Of a DNA stretch of 64,000 nt, positions 1 to 13,438 are shown piece by piece. The position numbers and the translations under genes are program-made. Positions within the stretch are counted from its first letter, which is position 1. Each line of letters starts with the position of its first letter. Where the stretch lies: assembly GCA_004764695.1 (NCBI GenBank), contig SMSO01000031.1, forward strand, positions 5,308,436 to 5,372,435. Direction: 5' to 3'. Below the pieces are notes generated by a model. That model was given only the letters and a program-made list of their open reading frames with translations. It searched no databases and was not told the origin of the DNA. The DNA comes from Schizochytrium sp. TIO01 (taxonomy: Eukaryota; Protista; Bigyra: Labyrinthulomycetes).

Positions 1-1068
1 AGCGCACTTCGTTAAGGCCAGAGGGCGTGGAGGGACCAGGTCTCGAGTGCTAAAACTCGCACGCAACGCCTATTTCGTTCTGCCTCAAAGTGGTGCTTTG
101 CCGATAAAGCGGTGCAACTCGACCTGGAGTCCAGGCCTGACTCGTTTCGTTTATTGACTTCGTTTAAAGCCTGCCTGCCTGAGCGTGCTTCCAAATAAAG
201 CAGTCAAATCCTGTGTGTCACGCGTACCTCCTCACTTCGTGCCGAGGACCTCCTCGCCGCCGTCCTCTGCATACACCGTCGCCGGGGTCCTCACGGCCAA
301 CGTGTGGGCTAAGGCACTCTGAGTACTCACTCACCCGTTTAAGGTATGTATGTATGTATGGATGTATGTATGTCTTATGGGCAATGAATGCCATGCGCGT
401 TTAACCTGGCTAGAAGGTAAGCCAAACCGCAACGAGCCGCTTATTTGGGAACAAGCGCCAAGGAAGGACATCGTACTCGCGGATTCCTCAACCGCCGACG
501 AAACCTTCCCTGGCACGAAACCCCTCCGTGATGCATGTATTGAAAGTCGTCTGAAGCTCCTTCACGAGCTTTGACGCTGCGCATCTAGCTTTTGACTTTA
601 ACTTTTGAAAAACAAAAAATAATGAGTTCTGTCTATTTTGATGTTGATGTATACGTTTATCGTCGGTCAAGTTCCTCTCTTGTTTTACAGCATCTAACTC
701 TGGGGCATTTTAAACTGTACGGGGGAGTCGCAAGCACAGACTATACAGTAGCAGACCCAACAGCGAGTGTCTCTGGAGGTACTTATTTTCTTGCAAAGGC
801 CCAATCGGCTTCTTTACTTCAGGAATCTGATCAATCGCTTCGCAACCCAAGAATAATACCCAATCTTTAAAACTTCCACAATCTACTCTTCGACATCGAT
901 CTTGAAGATGTTTTTGGAAACCCGCTGATCTGCCTTCATGCTTATACAGATTCTAATCGATTATGTGTACGCGTAGATATGAGTACTTTCCCAACTCGGT
1001 TTGTACCTCTCCCAACTGCCAGGGAAGATAACTGAAGCACTGAATGAAAGACCTTAACCAGCTAACTG

Positions 1069-1519
<451 letters not shown>

Positions 1520-2051
1520 CAACCACCCAACCTACGTGCTGGAGAGGCCCCGAGGTTACCTCCAGTTCTCGTTCTTGGCCCTCCGGTAGGTATCGCAAAT
1601 CCACGCATAACTTTGAGCCGCTCCGCGAAAGCGATCATCTTGCTTCTTTTATGGTTCATTCTGGGACAGAGAGAGCTAGTTCTCGCACAGCGACGGTTTG
1701 CGGCTTTGGCTTTGAAAGCCCGGAGCGTTCTCCGTCAAGCACAATAGATCTGTACGGATAGGTAGGAAGCTTTTCAGCTACTTATTCCAGGCAGTCAGTT
1801 GAAGAATCCGCCTTCATTTTCCTGAGGACTGCCTCTGTGCGTACCTTTACTTTGGAGTTGTTCTGAGTACCTCCCATGACCATGATTGCAATTGCAATTT
1901 ACAAGCTCGAGGCTCAGCTGAAAGAGACCGCCAGAGCTTAAAGCTAGTTTGTCTTCATTCAAGTACGCCAGAGTACGTAAAACCTCGAAGTTTTGGACCT
2001 CGAGCGCATTTGCTTGATCGTTACTTGCTCTCATGGACGACCCTATCGAAC

Positions 2052-2062
2052 GATCGATCGAT

Positions 2063-2107
<45 letters not shown>
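2052..2107. repeat. Compound (GATC)n(GATT)n microsatellite
   Basis: cgatcgatcgatcgattgattgatt... read directly. Confidence 0.9.
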
Positions 2108-2519
2108 TCCGGAGACTCGCTCTTCTTCCGTGTTTGAGAAGGAGGCTGCTCTTTTGCTTTCACAATGTTCGCTTTCTTTCTATTCAGCATCGCTGCTGCT
2201 GCGACTATAGTGGGCATTAACTACCATGTAATTACTTTCTCCAAATGATTTTCATATCTTCTTCTTTATATTATATTAATTAATAAAGCTATTTTTTATT
2301 TTAAACTATTAAAAACTAAAAAAACCGTTTTAAAAAAAATAGAAGCCTGAAGGTAAAGTTGTTTAAACTATTTTTCTTCTTTTTAAATCTATTTGAAAAT
2401 TAAATGAGAAATGAATGACTGAATTGATTGATTAATTAATTCATGGAGCATGAAAATAGAGCTTGTTCTTGTTCAACGACACAGAGTGACAGGGACAGGG
2501 AGAGAGAGACTTGCGTAGG

Positions 2520-2785
2520 AAACAAACAAACAAACAAACAAACAAACAAACAAACAAACAAACAAACAAACAAACAAACAAACAAACAAACAAACAAACA
2601 AACAAACAAACAAACAAACAAACAAACAAACAAACAAACAAACAAACAAACAAACAAACAAACAAACAAACAAACAAACAAACAAACAAACAAACAAACA
2701 AACAAACAAACAAACAAACAAACAAACAAACAAACAAACAAACAAACAAACAAACAAACAAACAAACAAACAAACAAACAAAACA
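2520..2785. repeat. (AAAC)n microsatellite, ~265 bp
   Basis: Perfect AAAC array; it produces the spurious KQTN/CLFV ORFs. Confidence 0.98.
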
Positions 2786-3410
2786 GGCAAAAGAAGCGAA
2801 GCGAAATCTGCTCTCTCTGTCTGCCAAACGTGCCTTCGCTCTTCCAACATGGCCTGCGGGTTTCCTTTTTTCTCGCCAGGAATCGACAGGGACCCACAGC
2901 GGAACCGCCGCCTTTAATCCGACCCTGTGGCGCCGCTCTGTCCATGCGAACTGGGACCTCCGTGCCTCAGCTCAAGAATCTGCCAAGAATCTGCCACGGT
3001 GCCCTCAGCGGTGTGAGGCTCCGCCAAAGTTAAGCTCGCCAAGTTTAGCTCTCTCCCAATTTGCTTGTTCGACACATCCTCGCTTGATTGGTTCTATCCT
3101 CTGAACGAACAGTGGAGCGCATAAGTAATGGTATATCGTCAACAGCTGCACATGCTTAACTCGAGTTGTTTATTCATGTGCAGATAGCTAGCTAGCGTGC
3201 AAACAACTCGAAGGATCCGCTCTGCTCCGTTTGAGGCATTGGCGATCCTGAAAACCATTGGAGTCCGGCAATGAGTAACTCTGCCATGAACATGGACGAG
3301 GCCCTCAGGAAAGATCGAGACGCGTAGCGTAAGAAGAGCACGAAAGCCCGAATATGCGTGCTTTTGCGAAGCCTGTGGAGCCTCTTCTTCGAGAGTCGAG
3401 CGAGAATATG

Positions 3411-3688
3411 AATGACAAAATGACAAACAAAATGACAAACAAAATGACAAACAAAATGACAAACAAACAAACAAACAAACAAACAAACAAACAAACAAAC
3501 AAACAAACATACAAACAAACAAACAAACAAACAAACAAACAAACAAACAAACAAACAAACAAACAAACAAACAAACAAACAAACAAACAAACAAACAAAC
3601 AAACAAACAAACAAACAAACAAACAAACAAACAAACAAACAAACAAACAAACAAACAAACAAACAAACAAACAAACAAACAAACAAAA
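3411..3688. repeat. (AAAC)n microsatellite preceded by 12-bp AATGACAAACAA variants
   Basis: Several aatgacaaacaa units grade into a long AAAC array with one ATAC interruption. Confidence 0.97.
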
Positions 3689-4700
3689 TGAGACATGGAT
3701 ATTCAGAATGGTCAGTGAACAGATTGAGGCCGCCAGTGTAAAAGAGGGAGGAGGGAACACGGTCTGACTTCGCCATACGCACAGGCAGAGAGCCTATTTC
3801 GCCTCGATTTATTTCACGGGAAAACGAGACGTAGAAAACGACCCGACTCCAAAGCCGTGGATGGAAAAGGAACATGCTCTGAGGACCCCTCAGGACGCCG
3901 CCGTCCTCACATCTGCTTTTGGCTATTAGGGAGTGTGTGAATCAGTCAGTCAGTGATTCAGACCGTGAGCTGAGTACACAACCGCCTTTGAAGCTTAATT
4001 CTGTTTAACTCCTCCCAAAATAGGGTTTCTAAGAGCGACCTTTACACGCATTCGCTCCTCGAGCTGAGCGGAGGGGCCACTTCTGCGACATAGGAGTTCA
4101 GGATTCAGAATTCAGGAATTCAGGGCCCAGGGCTGAGGGTTGGCTGAGACGGAGGATCGCCACCGCATCGCCAAGGCCTTTCAACTGAGGAAGCTTGGAT
4201 GCTCGCCTGCGATCATATATCATAGGGTTTCTTCATTTCCAGCTGTCTTCTCTCTCTCCCGCAAGCCGTTAATTAATTAATTAATTAATTAATTAATTTG
4301 TTTATTTATTTATTTATATTTTTTATTTGGGAGCCAGCTATCGACGGCCTATACACCACTAGCCTACTGCTAGCGACCCCGGGGACAGTGCATCGCAGGG
4401 TGTGCGAAGATCTCAACGCAGCGCGTACCTCCTCCCAACGAAGCCTCGGACAAGCGCCCTCCCTATGCACGCACGCACCTGCCAAGTCCGACGTCCTGAG
4501 AGTAGGTCCCCACCCCTCCATCCATCCACCAAACGGTCTTCTCCACCCGGCCTACCGACCCTCCGGCCTCCTGGCTGCATGCATCATGAACCCCAGCGCC
4601 GAGCTTTCAAGTTGGCAGCCAGAATTCAGAAAAGAGCGCCGCAACCCCAAAATACATTCCTACAGAGATCGAGGACTGAGAGACCCAGAGATGAGGACCC

Positions 4701-4773
4701 AGACAGACAGACAGACAAATAGATAGATAGATAGATAGATAGATAGACAAATAGATAGATAGATTGATAGATA
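4701..4773. repeat. Compound (GACA)n(GATA)n microsatellite
   Basis: agacagacag...atagatagat read directly. Confidence 0.9.
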
Positions 4774-6355
4774 GCCTGGCTACGCGAATTCGTAAGAACT
4801 TACGGCCGGCGTGGCTCACAGTGAGCGAGGAGTACCTCCTAAGAGCTCCTAGCACGTACCCACCGCCTGCCAGAGCATAGAATGAGCACACTGCGTATCT
4901 GTCAGGTTTGGATTGGTATCCCTCCATCCCTCCCTCCCTCCTCGCACGAAGATGGATGTTGACGTGAACGAACGCCCAGAGCATGAGTTAGTTCGAGGCT
5001 TTCCGGGCCGCCTTGGCAAGCGTGCACAGGCAGTTAGTTAGTTAGTTGCCTGTGTGTGTGCGACGCAAGATGGGCTCTCGAGATTGGTCTTTGCTCTTTG
5101 CAGGTGCGTGTGTATGTATATATGTATATATGTATATATGGATGAATGGAGTGCTTTTTGGTGCATAGTTCTTCGTTCAACGTCATTGAAAAGGTGAGAC
5201 AGGGCCTTTGTCAGACTGGCATAAGTGGTCACCCGCAATTTCTTTTTTAAAAGCTGGTTTTGGGAGGTTCTCTAATGGAATTAAAGAGGGGCCTGTTCGG
5301 ATTAAAATTTTAAAAAGAAAGTTTTCATCCCCTGAAGCGGCAGAGGACTTATATTATAAACCACAGTTAAGGTTCCCGCTCGTCTCAGCACTGACTGCGC
5401 TTCTTCTTCTTCTTCTTCTTCTTCTTCTTCTTCTTTCTCTTCTGATCTTTGCTTTTCTTTTATTTCCTTAAGTTCTCTCTTCAAGTCCTCCGAAAGCCGT
5501 TCTCTAAGGATCCCAGGCTGCTTGCTTTTGCATTTTCTATTCGCACCCTTGCGCAGGTACACGTAACCCTGTTTCGAGAGAGTGCTTCAGATGAGGGGAA
5601 TAAGCAAGCCCCTCATATTTCTTGGCGACAGGTGGGTGTCTCGACAGCAGCAGCAGCAGCAGCAGCAGTTCAAATGCACTGCGGCTTTTCACAACGAGGA
5701 CCCACTAACAAACAAGCAACTTTGTTTGCTAGGGCGACTATCTTCAAGGACACCAAAAGGCGAAAAAACGAAAACTAACACTCATATTCTTCGAGTTAGT
5801 TGCTTTCACCTCTTTTTTCGTTTTTAAATTAATTTTTAATTTTAAAAATAACAAATCATCAAAATAAGTAATCCGAAGGGCGAAAAAAAGTAAACACTTT
5901 CTTCTCTTTTCTTTGATAGAAGATTTTGAATGAAAAAGCGTTTTTCTAACCTTCTCAAGTTAAAAAATGAAAATTCACGTGCTGGCGATGGGGCGCGAGA
6001 ATAAAGGACCAGGAGCGTATGTAAGTATGCAGACCCTACTTGCCTGACTAAACAAACGAGTTGTCAGTTGGAACCGTCACGCCAAGCGAGGACCGCACAT
6101 TATCACATGAGCTCGAGCATCGATCAATTTCATGCCAAGTCCTCGAAGACTCTCGAAGAAAGAACGTGGGCGAGGACCACGGTAGAATAAGTGGAACGGG
6201 CCCTTGGACACGCGAGTCGACGAGGACAGCAGATACTCGCTAGCAAGAGCAGATACTAGCTGCAGCGACGGCAGGTGGAAGGCCACAGAGGGACGTCAGC
6301 TCGTACAAAACGCCTCAATCTCGAAATCATACACCGCTACGGCTGACCGGTCCGC

Positions 6356-6518
6356 CAGCTTGAACATCTTGAACGTCTTAAACAGCGTGGACAGCTTGGA
6401 CAGCTTGGACATCTTGAACAGCTTGAACAGCTTGACTTGAACAGCTTGAACAGCTTGAACGTCTTAAACAGCTTGAACAGCTTGAACAGCTTGAACAGCT
6501 TGAACAGCTTGAACAGCT
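6356..6518. repeat. 9-bp minisatellite (CAGCTTGAA)n
   Basis: About 17 degenerate copies. The variant block ttgaacgtcttaaacagc occurs twice, and a short CTTGA insertion near 6433 breaks the phase. Confidence 0.92.
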
Positions 6519-7044
6519 GTCTGGCCAGAACCCAAGACGTCCAGGAATGCACGTGCTGGTTGGTGACACGTGCATGCGCAGAGCGTCCAAAGCACCTCAC
6601 CCATGACCTTCGACCGAGACAGCTGTAGCTGCCCAATCCAGCAATTTCAACCAGCCAGCCTCATTTCGGTTGGGAAATGTGCATGCGTACCAGTCCACTG
6701 GAGTGAGTGCCTAGCTCTCGATAGCAGGCCTCCGAAAATCCACGATTGTGTCTACTGCACTAGATTTGATTTGCAGGACAGCAACAAAGCAGCCCTGTGC
6801 CAGACTGACTGTCTGTTTGTCATTCTGACACTTGTTACTTGTGCTTGCGTATGGGTGACCACGTCAACGCAATCGTGCCGGTGGCTACAGCTACGAAGAC
6901 AAGCATCTCACGGGAGAACGAAGAAAAGAAAGCGCAACGCCAGAGGGTATTCATCTCGCTTTCGTGGTGCTAGCTTGACCTTGAACAACTGGTGGATCTA
7001 CGAATTGAGACCTCGAAATCTCAAGAACTTGGTGGTGATGACGA

Positions 7045-7095
7045 CGGCGATGGCGGTGGCGATGGCGGTGGCGATGGCGGTGGCGATGGCGGTGG
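7045..7095. repeat. 12-bp tandem repeat (GGCGATGGCGGT)n
   Basis: About 4 copies read directly. Confidence 0.85.
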
Positions 7096-8020
7096 AGACC
7101 AGTGCAACAGCATTTGGATGAGGTCAATTGCCAGAGACTCTGCAGGCCACATCTGTGTGGTGTTGGCCTCCTTGAGTACAGCTGTCGAGGCTGCGATGGC
7201 CTGGTAATGGTCCTCAGAGCCTGCGCGTACCGATTGATACCAGCCGTGTCTTATGGCTGCCACAGCAGAGATGGAATTCCAACGACTTCATGAAAGTTAT
7301 TCGCAAATCGACCTGTGCAAAACATGCCGCAAATCAACAGGGCTCCTAGTCTGCATCCAAGCCCAAACTCAACCCAAAGCCGAGCAGCGTGAAGTTGAAG
7401 TTGTTGTTGTCAAAAACCGTTCCTAACCACCTAGTATGACTGACTGCTGTCCTCAATCAATTGAAGAGCTCAAACTGATAAGGTTGCCTCGCGTCCCGTA
7501 TTACAGAGCCCGCCCGCGTAGCGCTCTTTGAACTGCTGTAGGTAGATGAGTACCTAGGAATCTACTTGTGATAAGCACATTAGAGAAACTCTCTCTTCTC
7601 TGGACGATGAAAGGCCGTCTTTCAAGTTGTGATTTGTTAATTCATCGATTCCTCCTCCACCACTGCGAATACAGAATAAGATCCCATGTCCTGAACCTGC
7701 TAATCAATGTCTTCTTCAATGGGACGTCCCTGCCTCGGCCTCACCATCTCAGTAGATGCGGGAGGAGCGGAGATCCTCCGAGTTCTCAACGTCTCAGTTT
7801 CTGTAGCTTATTTTCAAGCTTGCTTTTCAACTTCTTCTTGTCCTTTTCTGTTTCTTACTTTTATACTATACTTAGCAGTCTTAGCAATGATAGTAAAAGC
7901 AACAATAATAATAATTACTGTTTATTTGTTAACCTAGCTAGAGAAAAGTGCCGCAATTTCTGTTTTGAATGATTACGGTAGCTGTAGGCGACTTTCAACT
8001 GGCAACTCGAAGCCCAAAAC

Positions 8021-8212
8021 CAAACAAACAAACAAACAAACAAACAAACAAACAAACAAACAAACAAACAAACAAACAAACAAACAAACAAACAAACAAA
8101 CAAACAAACAAACAAACAAACAAACAAACAAACAAACAAACAAACAGACAAACAAACAAACAAACAAACAAACAAACAAACAAACAAACAGACAAATAAA
8201 CAAACAAACAAA
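8021..8212. repeat. (AAAC)n microsatellite, ~190 bp
   Basis: AAAC array with a few AGAC/AAAT interruptions. Confidence 0.97.
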
Positions 8213-8629
8213 GAATAGTATAGAGGAGAAGAGAAATGATCCTCAATGAGGTAAGCAACTGTGAAGGAGAAAGAAGCCGACTTATAGCTTCGGCCTTATC
8301 GATGTAGGTATGAATGGCCACGATATCGTTGGCATTCTGCGCGTACCGATGGCTCCAGACTGCTTTTACCAACAACCCTTCCTAAGTAAGAAAAAGAGAG
8401 GGGGGGAAAAGAAAGAAAGAATTTCCAACGAGAAAGAATAGATGAACAAAAGCCAGAATGAGTCAAAGAACGAAAGAATGATAGAATGAAAGAATTTCCA
8501 TGCGTTGCCTCGATGATTTATTATTATTTTAAAAACTACGCTTGCCTACCACACACTAGGGGCTGCCTACCTCCCTACTCTCTCTCAGAGAAATACCAAC
8601 CCACAAGCACATAGGTAAGCATAAGAATA

Positions 8630-8775
8630 CAGGTAGGTAGGTAGGTAGGTAGGTAGGTAGGAGGTAGGTATTTACTTTTAAATTCAATTAACTCAATTAA
8701 GAATGAATGAAGGGATGAAGGAATGAATGAATGAATGAATGAATGAATGAATGAATGAATGAATGAATGAATGAA
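8630..8775. repeat. (AGGT)n and (GAAT)n microsatellites
   Basis: aggtaggtag... at about 8630-8670 and gaatgaatga... at about 8700-8775. A further GAAT/GAAG run lies at about 9430-9500. Confidence 0.9.
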
Positions 8776-10662
8776 TTAAACAAATAATGAATTAAAATAT
8801 ACTTATAAAAGAATTCTTCTGGAAATTAGCTGCAGCAGCACTCTTCTGTCCCCAGTAGCATGTTCTTCTTTTCATATTTTGTTACTTAAAGGCAATAATT
8901 GTAATGATAAAATTCGATACATAGCTTTCCAAAGCAAGCTAGCTTGACTGTTAAGCGAATGGGGTACGCGCTCGGACCCCTCCCTCAAGACCCACTCAGT
9001 CCTCGAGTGAGCGTAAGCTTGTTCGGAGGAGGGCCAAGAGAACGCAATTTGGCAAGTGCACTCAGGCCGCTGCCTGCTTCTCGAGGGAACCGACGCAGAC
9101 AGCCCTCCCTTGTTACTCCAGGCGGTTTGCAATACATACATACATATATGCATGCATACATACAAGCATGCATGCATACAAGAAGCATGGATGGCAGAAC
9201 AGCCAGCGAAGCAATTCCAATTTCTTTGTGGCAAGCAGTGGAGGAAGAAGCAGAATGAATGAATGAATGAATATGAGCGTGAAGTCAGTCTCTTAGCACT
9301 TGGATAAAACAGAAACAACTTCCCACTGACACCTCACAACGTACGGAGCACAAAAGGAACTCTCGGATAGGTGAAATAACTTAGTTGTTTCAGAGAATGA
9401 AGGAAGGAAGAGTATTCAGAATGTGAATATGAATGAATGAATGAATGAAGGAATGAATGAATGAATGAAGGAATGAATGAAGGAATGAATGAAGGAATGA
9501 AGGATAGAGAGTAGCAGCAGCAGGGGTACGCAGACGAGCGTGATGATGTTTTTGCAGGTTCCTTATCTCTAATTGAAATGAGATGGGATGAAGTGGGATG
9601 AAAATGAAAGAAAACGATGCACAAACGCATGAACACACGAATAAGTGAGGGATAATTGAACTACCCGTGGAGTTGACTTGACGTGAGTGCGATGATGCGC
9701 GCTATAGCTAGAAAGAGGTTGATGCGGGAATGGAGAAAGGGCCATGCCAATAAACGAACTAGCGAAAATGAATGAGAGCATGGAGGTAGGCACTTCCTCT
9801 CTCTCTGTCTATCTATCGATCGATCGATCGATCGATCTATCGACCTATCGCGACTCTAGTTTAAGGCGGCCTTGGAGAAAGAGTTTTTTTCCCTCTGAGC
9901 ACTCGCTCCTTTTTCTTTTCTTCCTTCCTTTCGCCAAGAGCGTCTCTCAACCACCTCAGTGTCATTATTTATTTCGCTTTGTTGGCGAAGTTTGATGAAA
10001 GTTTGTTTTGCTTTGCCTCTCTTTTTTTCAATAACTTAAATTTTTTGTTTAAAGTAATAAAACATTTAAAGTAAAGTTGGAAGGTGGGGGAGGAGGTGTC
10101 TAGCAAGGCGTACAGTTTAGCATAGATGTACCAATATGACATGTTCTTGATCTTGAAAATAGCACCGTACGAAAGAAAGAAGAGAGAGTGGAGGGAGCAG
10201 AGTATAGTAGAAACACTAACAGTCACCTTGCTATGGCTGAATGATATCTTAATGTTGTTGTTTTTATTTTAATAATAAAAATAAAAATAAAATAATAATG
10301 TGCATTTGAGTACTGTAATTATAAAACATGTGATTCACTCGTCTTATCATTTTTGTTTTGTTTTGTATTGTTTTGTTTTGTTTGTTTTGTTTTGTACTAT
10401 ATTGTTTTTAAGTATTGATTGGAAGGGCACTTAAAATGAATAAAAGAGCTGAAGAAGAGAGAGAAAGCTGCAAACACAAAAAGAGGAAACAGACGACTCA
10501 GAGGAAATCACTGATCATAAAGGCACCTGCAGCAAATCCTCGATTCAATCGATCGCAGCGGCTGCATCGTCAGGACAGGGAAAAGCAGCAAGCAAACGAG
10601 CAAGCCAGCGAGCGAGCGAGCGAGCGAGCGAGCCCATCGCAGAGGCGAAGGCATCGTGAGTG

Positions 10663-13438
10663 ATGGCAGCAGCAACGCGAGATCGCAGGCCCGCGGCGTC
10701 TCTCGCATCGGAGACGTCGCGGAGCTCCGATGGCTGTGATGATGAAGATGAAGATGCAGCTATGGCCACAGCCGGGACAATGAATGAACTCGGATTCGCA
10801 GGTGCTGCGAGGACAGCAGCGCGTAAAAGGCAGCTCTTTAGAGCCCGTGCAAGAAGGGCTTTCACTGAGAAACCTGAAAGTCACGGGCGTAAAGAGGCAG
10901 ATGAAAGGCACATGGAGCGGAGTTCGAACGAGATCTGGCGAGTCCATCAATTGGAGATGCAAATGCAAGAGCGCTTGAGCATGCACCATCAAATACAACA
11001 CCAACACCAACACCAACACCAACATCAAAGGCAGACGAGGCAACAAGGCGACCCAACAGCGACAGCGGCGCTGGACTCAGTCTTCTGGGTGGCGAGACTA
11101 CTTGGCGCAGAGCCCAAGAAAATGGAGGTTGGCAAGACAATGACAGCAAGGCTGGGAACGCTCGAGAGACCTGGGGTGGACTCTGCAGCAGGACAAAGAC
11201 TTGCAGAAATCAGAAACCAATTGCACAGACACCAGCTTGTGGAACAGGTTAGGACCGTGCAAAGCTTGCCGCTTACTTTGCCGCAGGCACAAAGGCAGCA
11301 TCAACAGACAGTGGAGGGGAACCCCGAAGAGACCCGGGTTAACACGCAAGCGCAGCGTTCATTGCGTCAAGAAAACTTTGGGGAAGGACCAAAAGACCAG
11401 GTTCGGGAGCAGAGCTACCCGACCGTACAAAATGATGTCGGCAGTTCTCTTACAGAAAGAGGTAATCCTGCGTTGGCATCAACAACATCGCCAACTCTAG
11501 CATTATTATCGCCACAACACCCGATACAGGGAGACATGTCGGGTTTTGTGGCTACCAGGCACCGCCAGGTTGAAGCTTGGAAACCGTCGAGGGCCGAAGG
11601 TGCAGCAATGTTAGCATCAGCTGCAATGCTAGGAAACAAGACCATAAGCCCATTCGCGTTATCTAGTGATCATTATCGTACCTTCCTTTGGCTAGAGTCA
11701 GGGAAACGCAAACTTCTGCGCATGGAAGCGAAACTTGAACGAAAGCGTGCGCGGAGCGCATCCCTCGAGGCAGAAACTGTACAACCCATGGAGAAAAATG
11801 CGAAACTACCAGCAGTATGCAAACGAGCAACATGCTGCCCTGCAAGTAGGGCGTGCAGAATCATAAGTAATAACAAAAGTAGCAACAGCATTAGCACTCA
11901 CAGTAACATGGAGAACGAAAGCTCGAATCACTGTGAAGACTTTCGCTCGCCAGATTACTGCTGGAAGGATGGGCAGAACATGTTGGTACGGGCGGTATCA
12001 TGCACTGAGCACAGCAATGCACATCAGCTGCGCAAGCTTTTGCGCAAATCCAAGTCGCTCCTCGGAAATACACAAGCTGCATGTGTTGCTCTACAATGCC
12101 TTCATCGCTGCTGCGTCACCCGCGGTTCAAGTCGAGTCACAAAGGTTATCATTCGCTTTCTTCACCTTACTGCCAAGGGCTGGGATGAAGAAGAAATCTC
12201 AATTCCTGATGAATGGATGGATCCAAGCCTTGCAGGTGCGAATGCATCAATGCTTTGCGAAGCAGTCCGTTATGGTTCTTATGAAACAGCATCTGCGTTA
12301 CTGCACGAGTCTGCCTCGTCCCCAATGCATTGCATGGCCGCTAACTGTACACCTTTAGTTGTTGCTGTCTACCAAAACAACGACCCAAATGACCCGCTTG
12401 CTACTGGAACGTGGTGCTGACGCAAATTCGCAAATGTCAACCAACAATATAACTCCTCTTGCCGTAGCCGCTGTGCGCGGAAATATCGAGTGTGCTCGTG
12501 TGCTTGTTTCAGCAGGTGCAGATCCCAACTCCCCATCTCTTGACGGTACCACGCCGCTGATGTGGGCTGTCCAAGTAAACAATAAGGCTATGGTGGAGTT
12601 CCTTCTTTCTTCAGGTGCTGATGTGAACCTGTGCAAAACAAATGGATCCTCGCCCATTATCGTAGCTGTTCGACATGGCCGAGCCAACATGATTCCCCTG
12701 CTCGCTCAATACGGCGGCGACCCAAACCTTGTTCTTTCAAATGGGGCTACTGCGTTAATCCTTGCTAGTGCAAATGGAGACTTGGAAGCAGTAGATCATT
12801 TGCTCCAGATGAATTCGGACACTACAAAACGCTTAAACTCAGGAGCACATGCCCTAGCGTACGCGTGCCATCGCGGGCATCGGGATGTTATAATTCGTTG
12901 CATTGCTCATCCTGGCGCCTTGCCAGCGGCCGACTTTGATCGGCTTTTGCTAATTGCCTCGATTAAGAAGCACTCTGCAATCGAAGAATGGCTTAAGCTC
13001 TACAAAAAACATGGCCGTTTTACTGAATTGCATTTTACATGCTCACTTGGTATGCTTGCAAGGACCTATGGCTTACTGCGATGCCATGGACGTTTCTCAG
13101 AGTTGGATCGAGAGGTGCTCCCTCGAATCTCCCTTCCTTATACACGCCCATACGTTGAGCTTGCGTTAGCCCCATACTCTATTCGCAATGCATACCTGTG
13201 GCCTCAGCCTTTCAATGCGGTCGTGAATGCAGTTATTGACTCTACGTCTGGTGGGCAATACCGAGATATCTTTCTGCATGTATTCTCATTTTGTGATCGA
13301 GATTGGTTTGGATCCTGCGAATGCACAAAAAATAAACCTCGCATGGGTACAACAATTGTCAGCACAGATGGACACGCCAGTAGTGACGGTAACCAACAGC
13401 AACAAAGCGACACCCGCTTACCTGCCACTTCCGCCTGA
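10663..13438 (+). CDS. Ankyrin-repeat protein (~924 aa if repaired), split by a 1-nt frameshift near 12385
   Basis: ORF 10660-12420 (first ATG 10663) ends mid-repeat at TPLVVAVYQNN. The +1 frame continues QMTRLLLERGADAN and then gives clear repeats (TPLAVAAVRGNIECARVLVSAGADPN, TPLMWAVQVNNKAMVEFLLSSGADVN, SPIIVAVRHG, TALILASANG). The N-terminus is Q/H-rich with basic patches. Assembly error versus pseudogene allele is unresolved. Confidence 0.82.

Noticed and set aside
2436-3875. Many 125-227 aa ORFs of KQTN / CLFV repeats (also 7915-8375)
   Set aside because: Stop-free translations of (AAAC)n microsatellites, open in nearly all frames, with no domain content.
12359-13438. Independent 359-aa ankyrin gene
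   Set aside because: It starts in the middle of an ankyrin repeat whose first half is in the upstream ORF, so it is better explained as one frameshifted gene.
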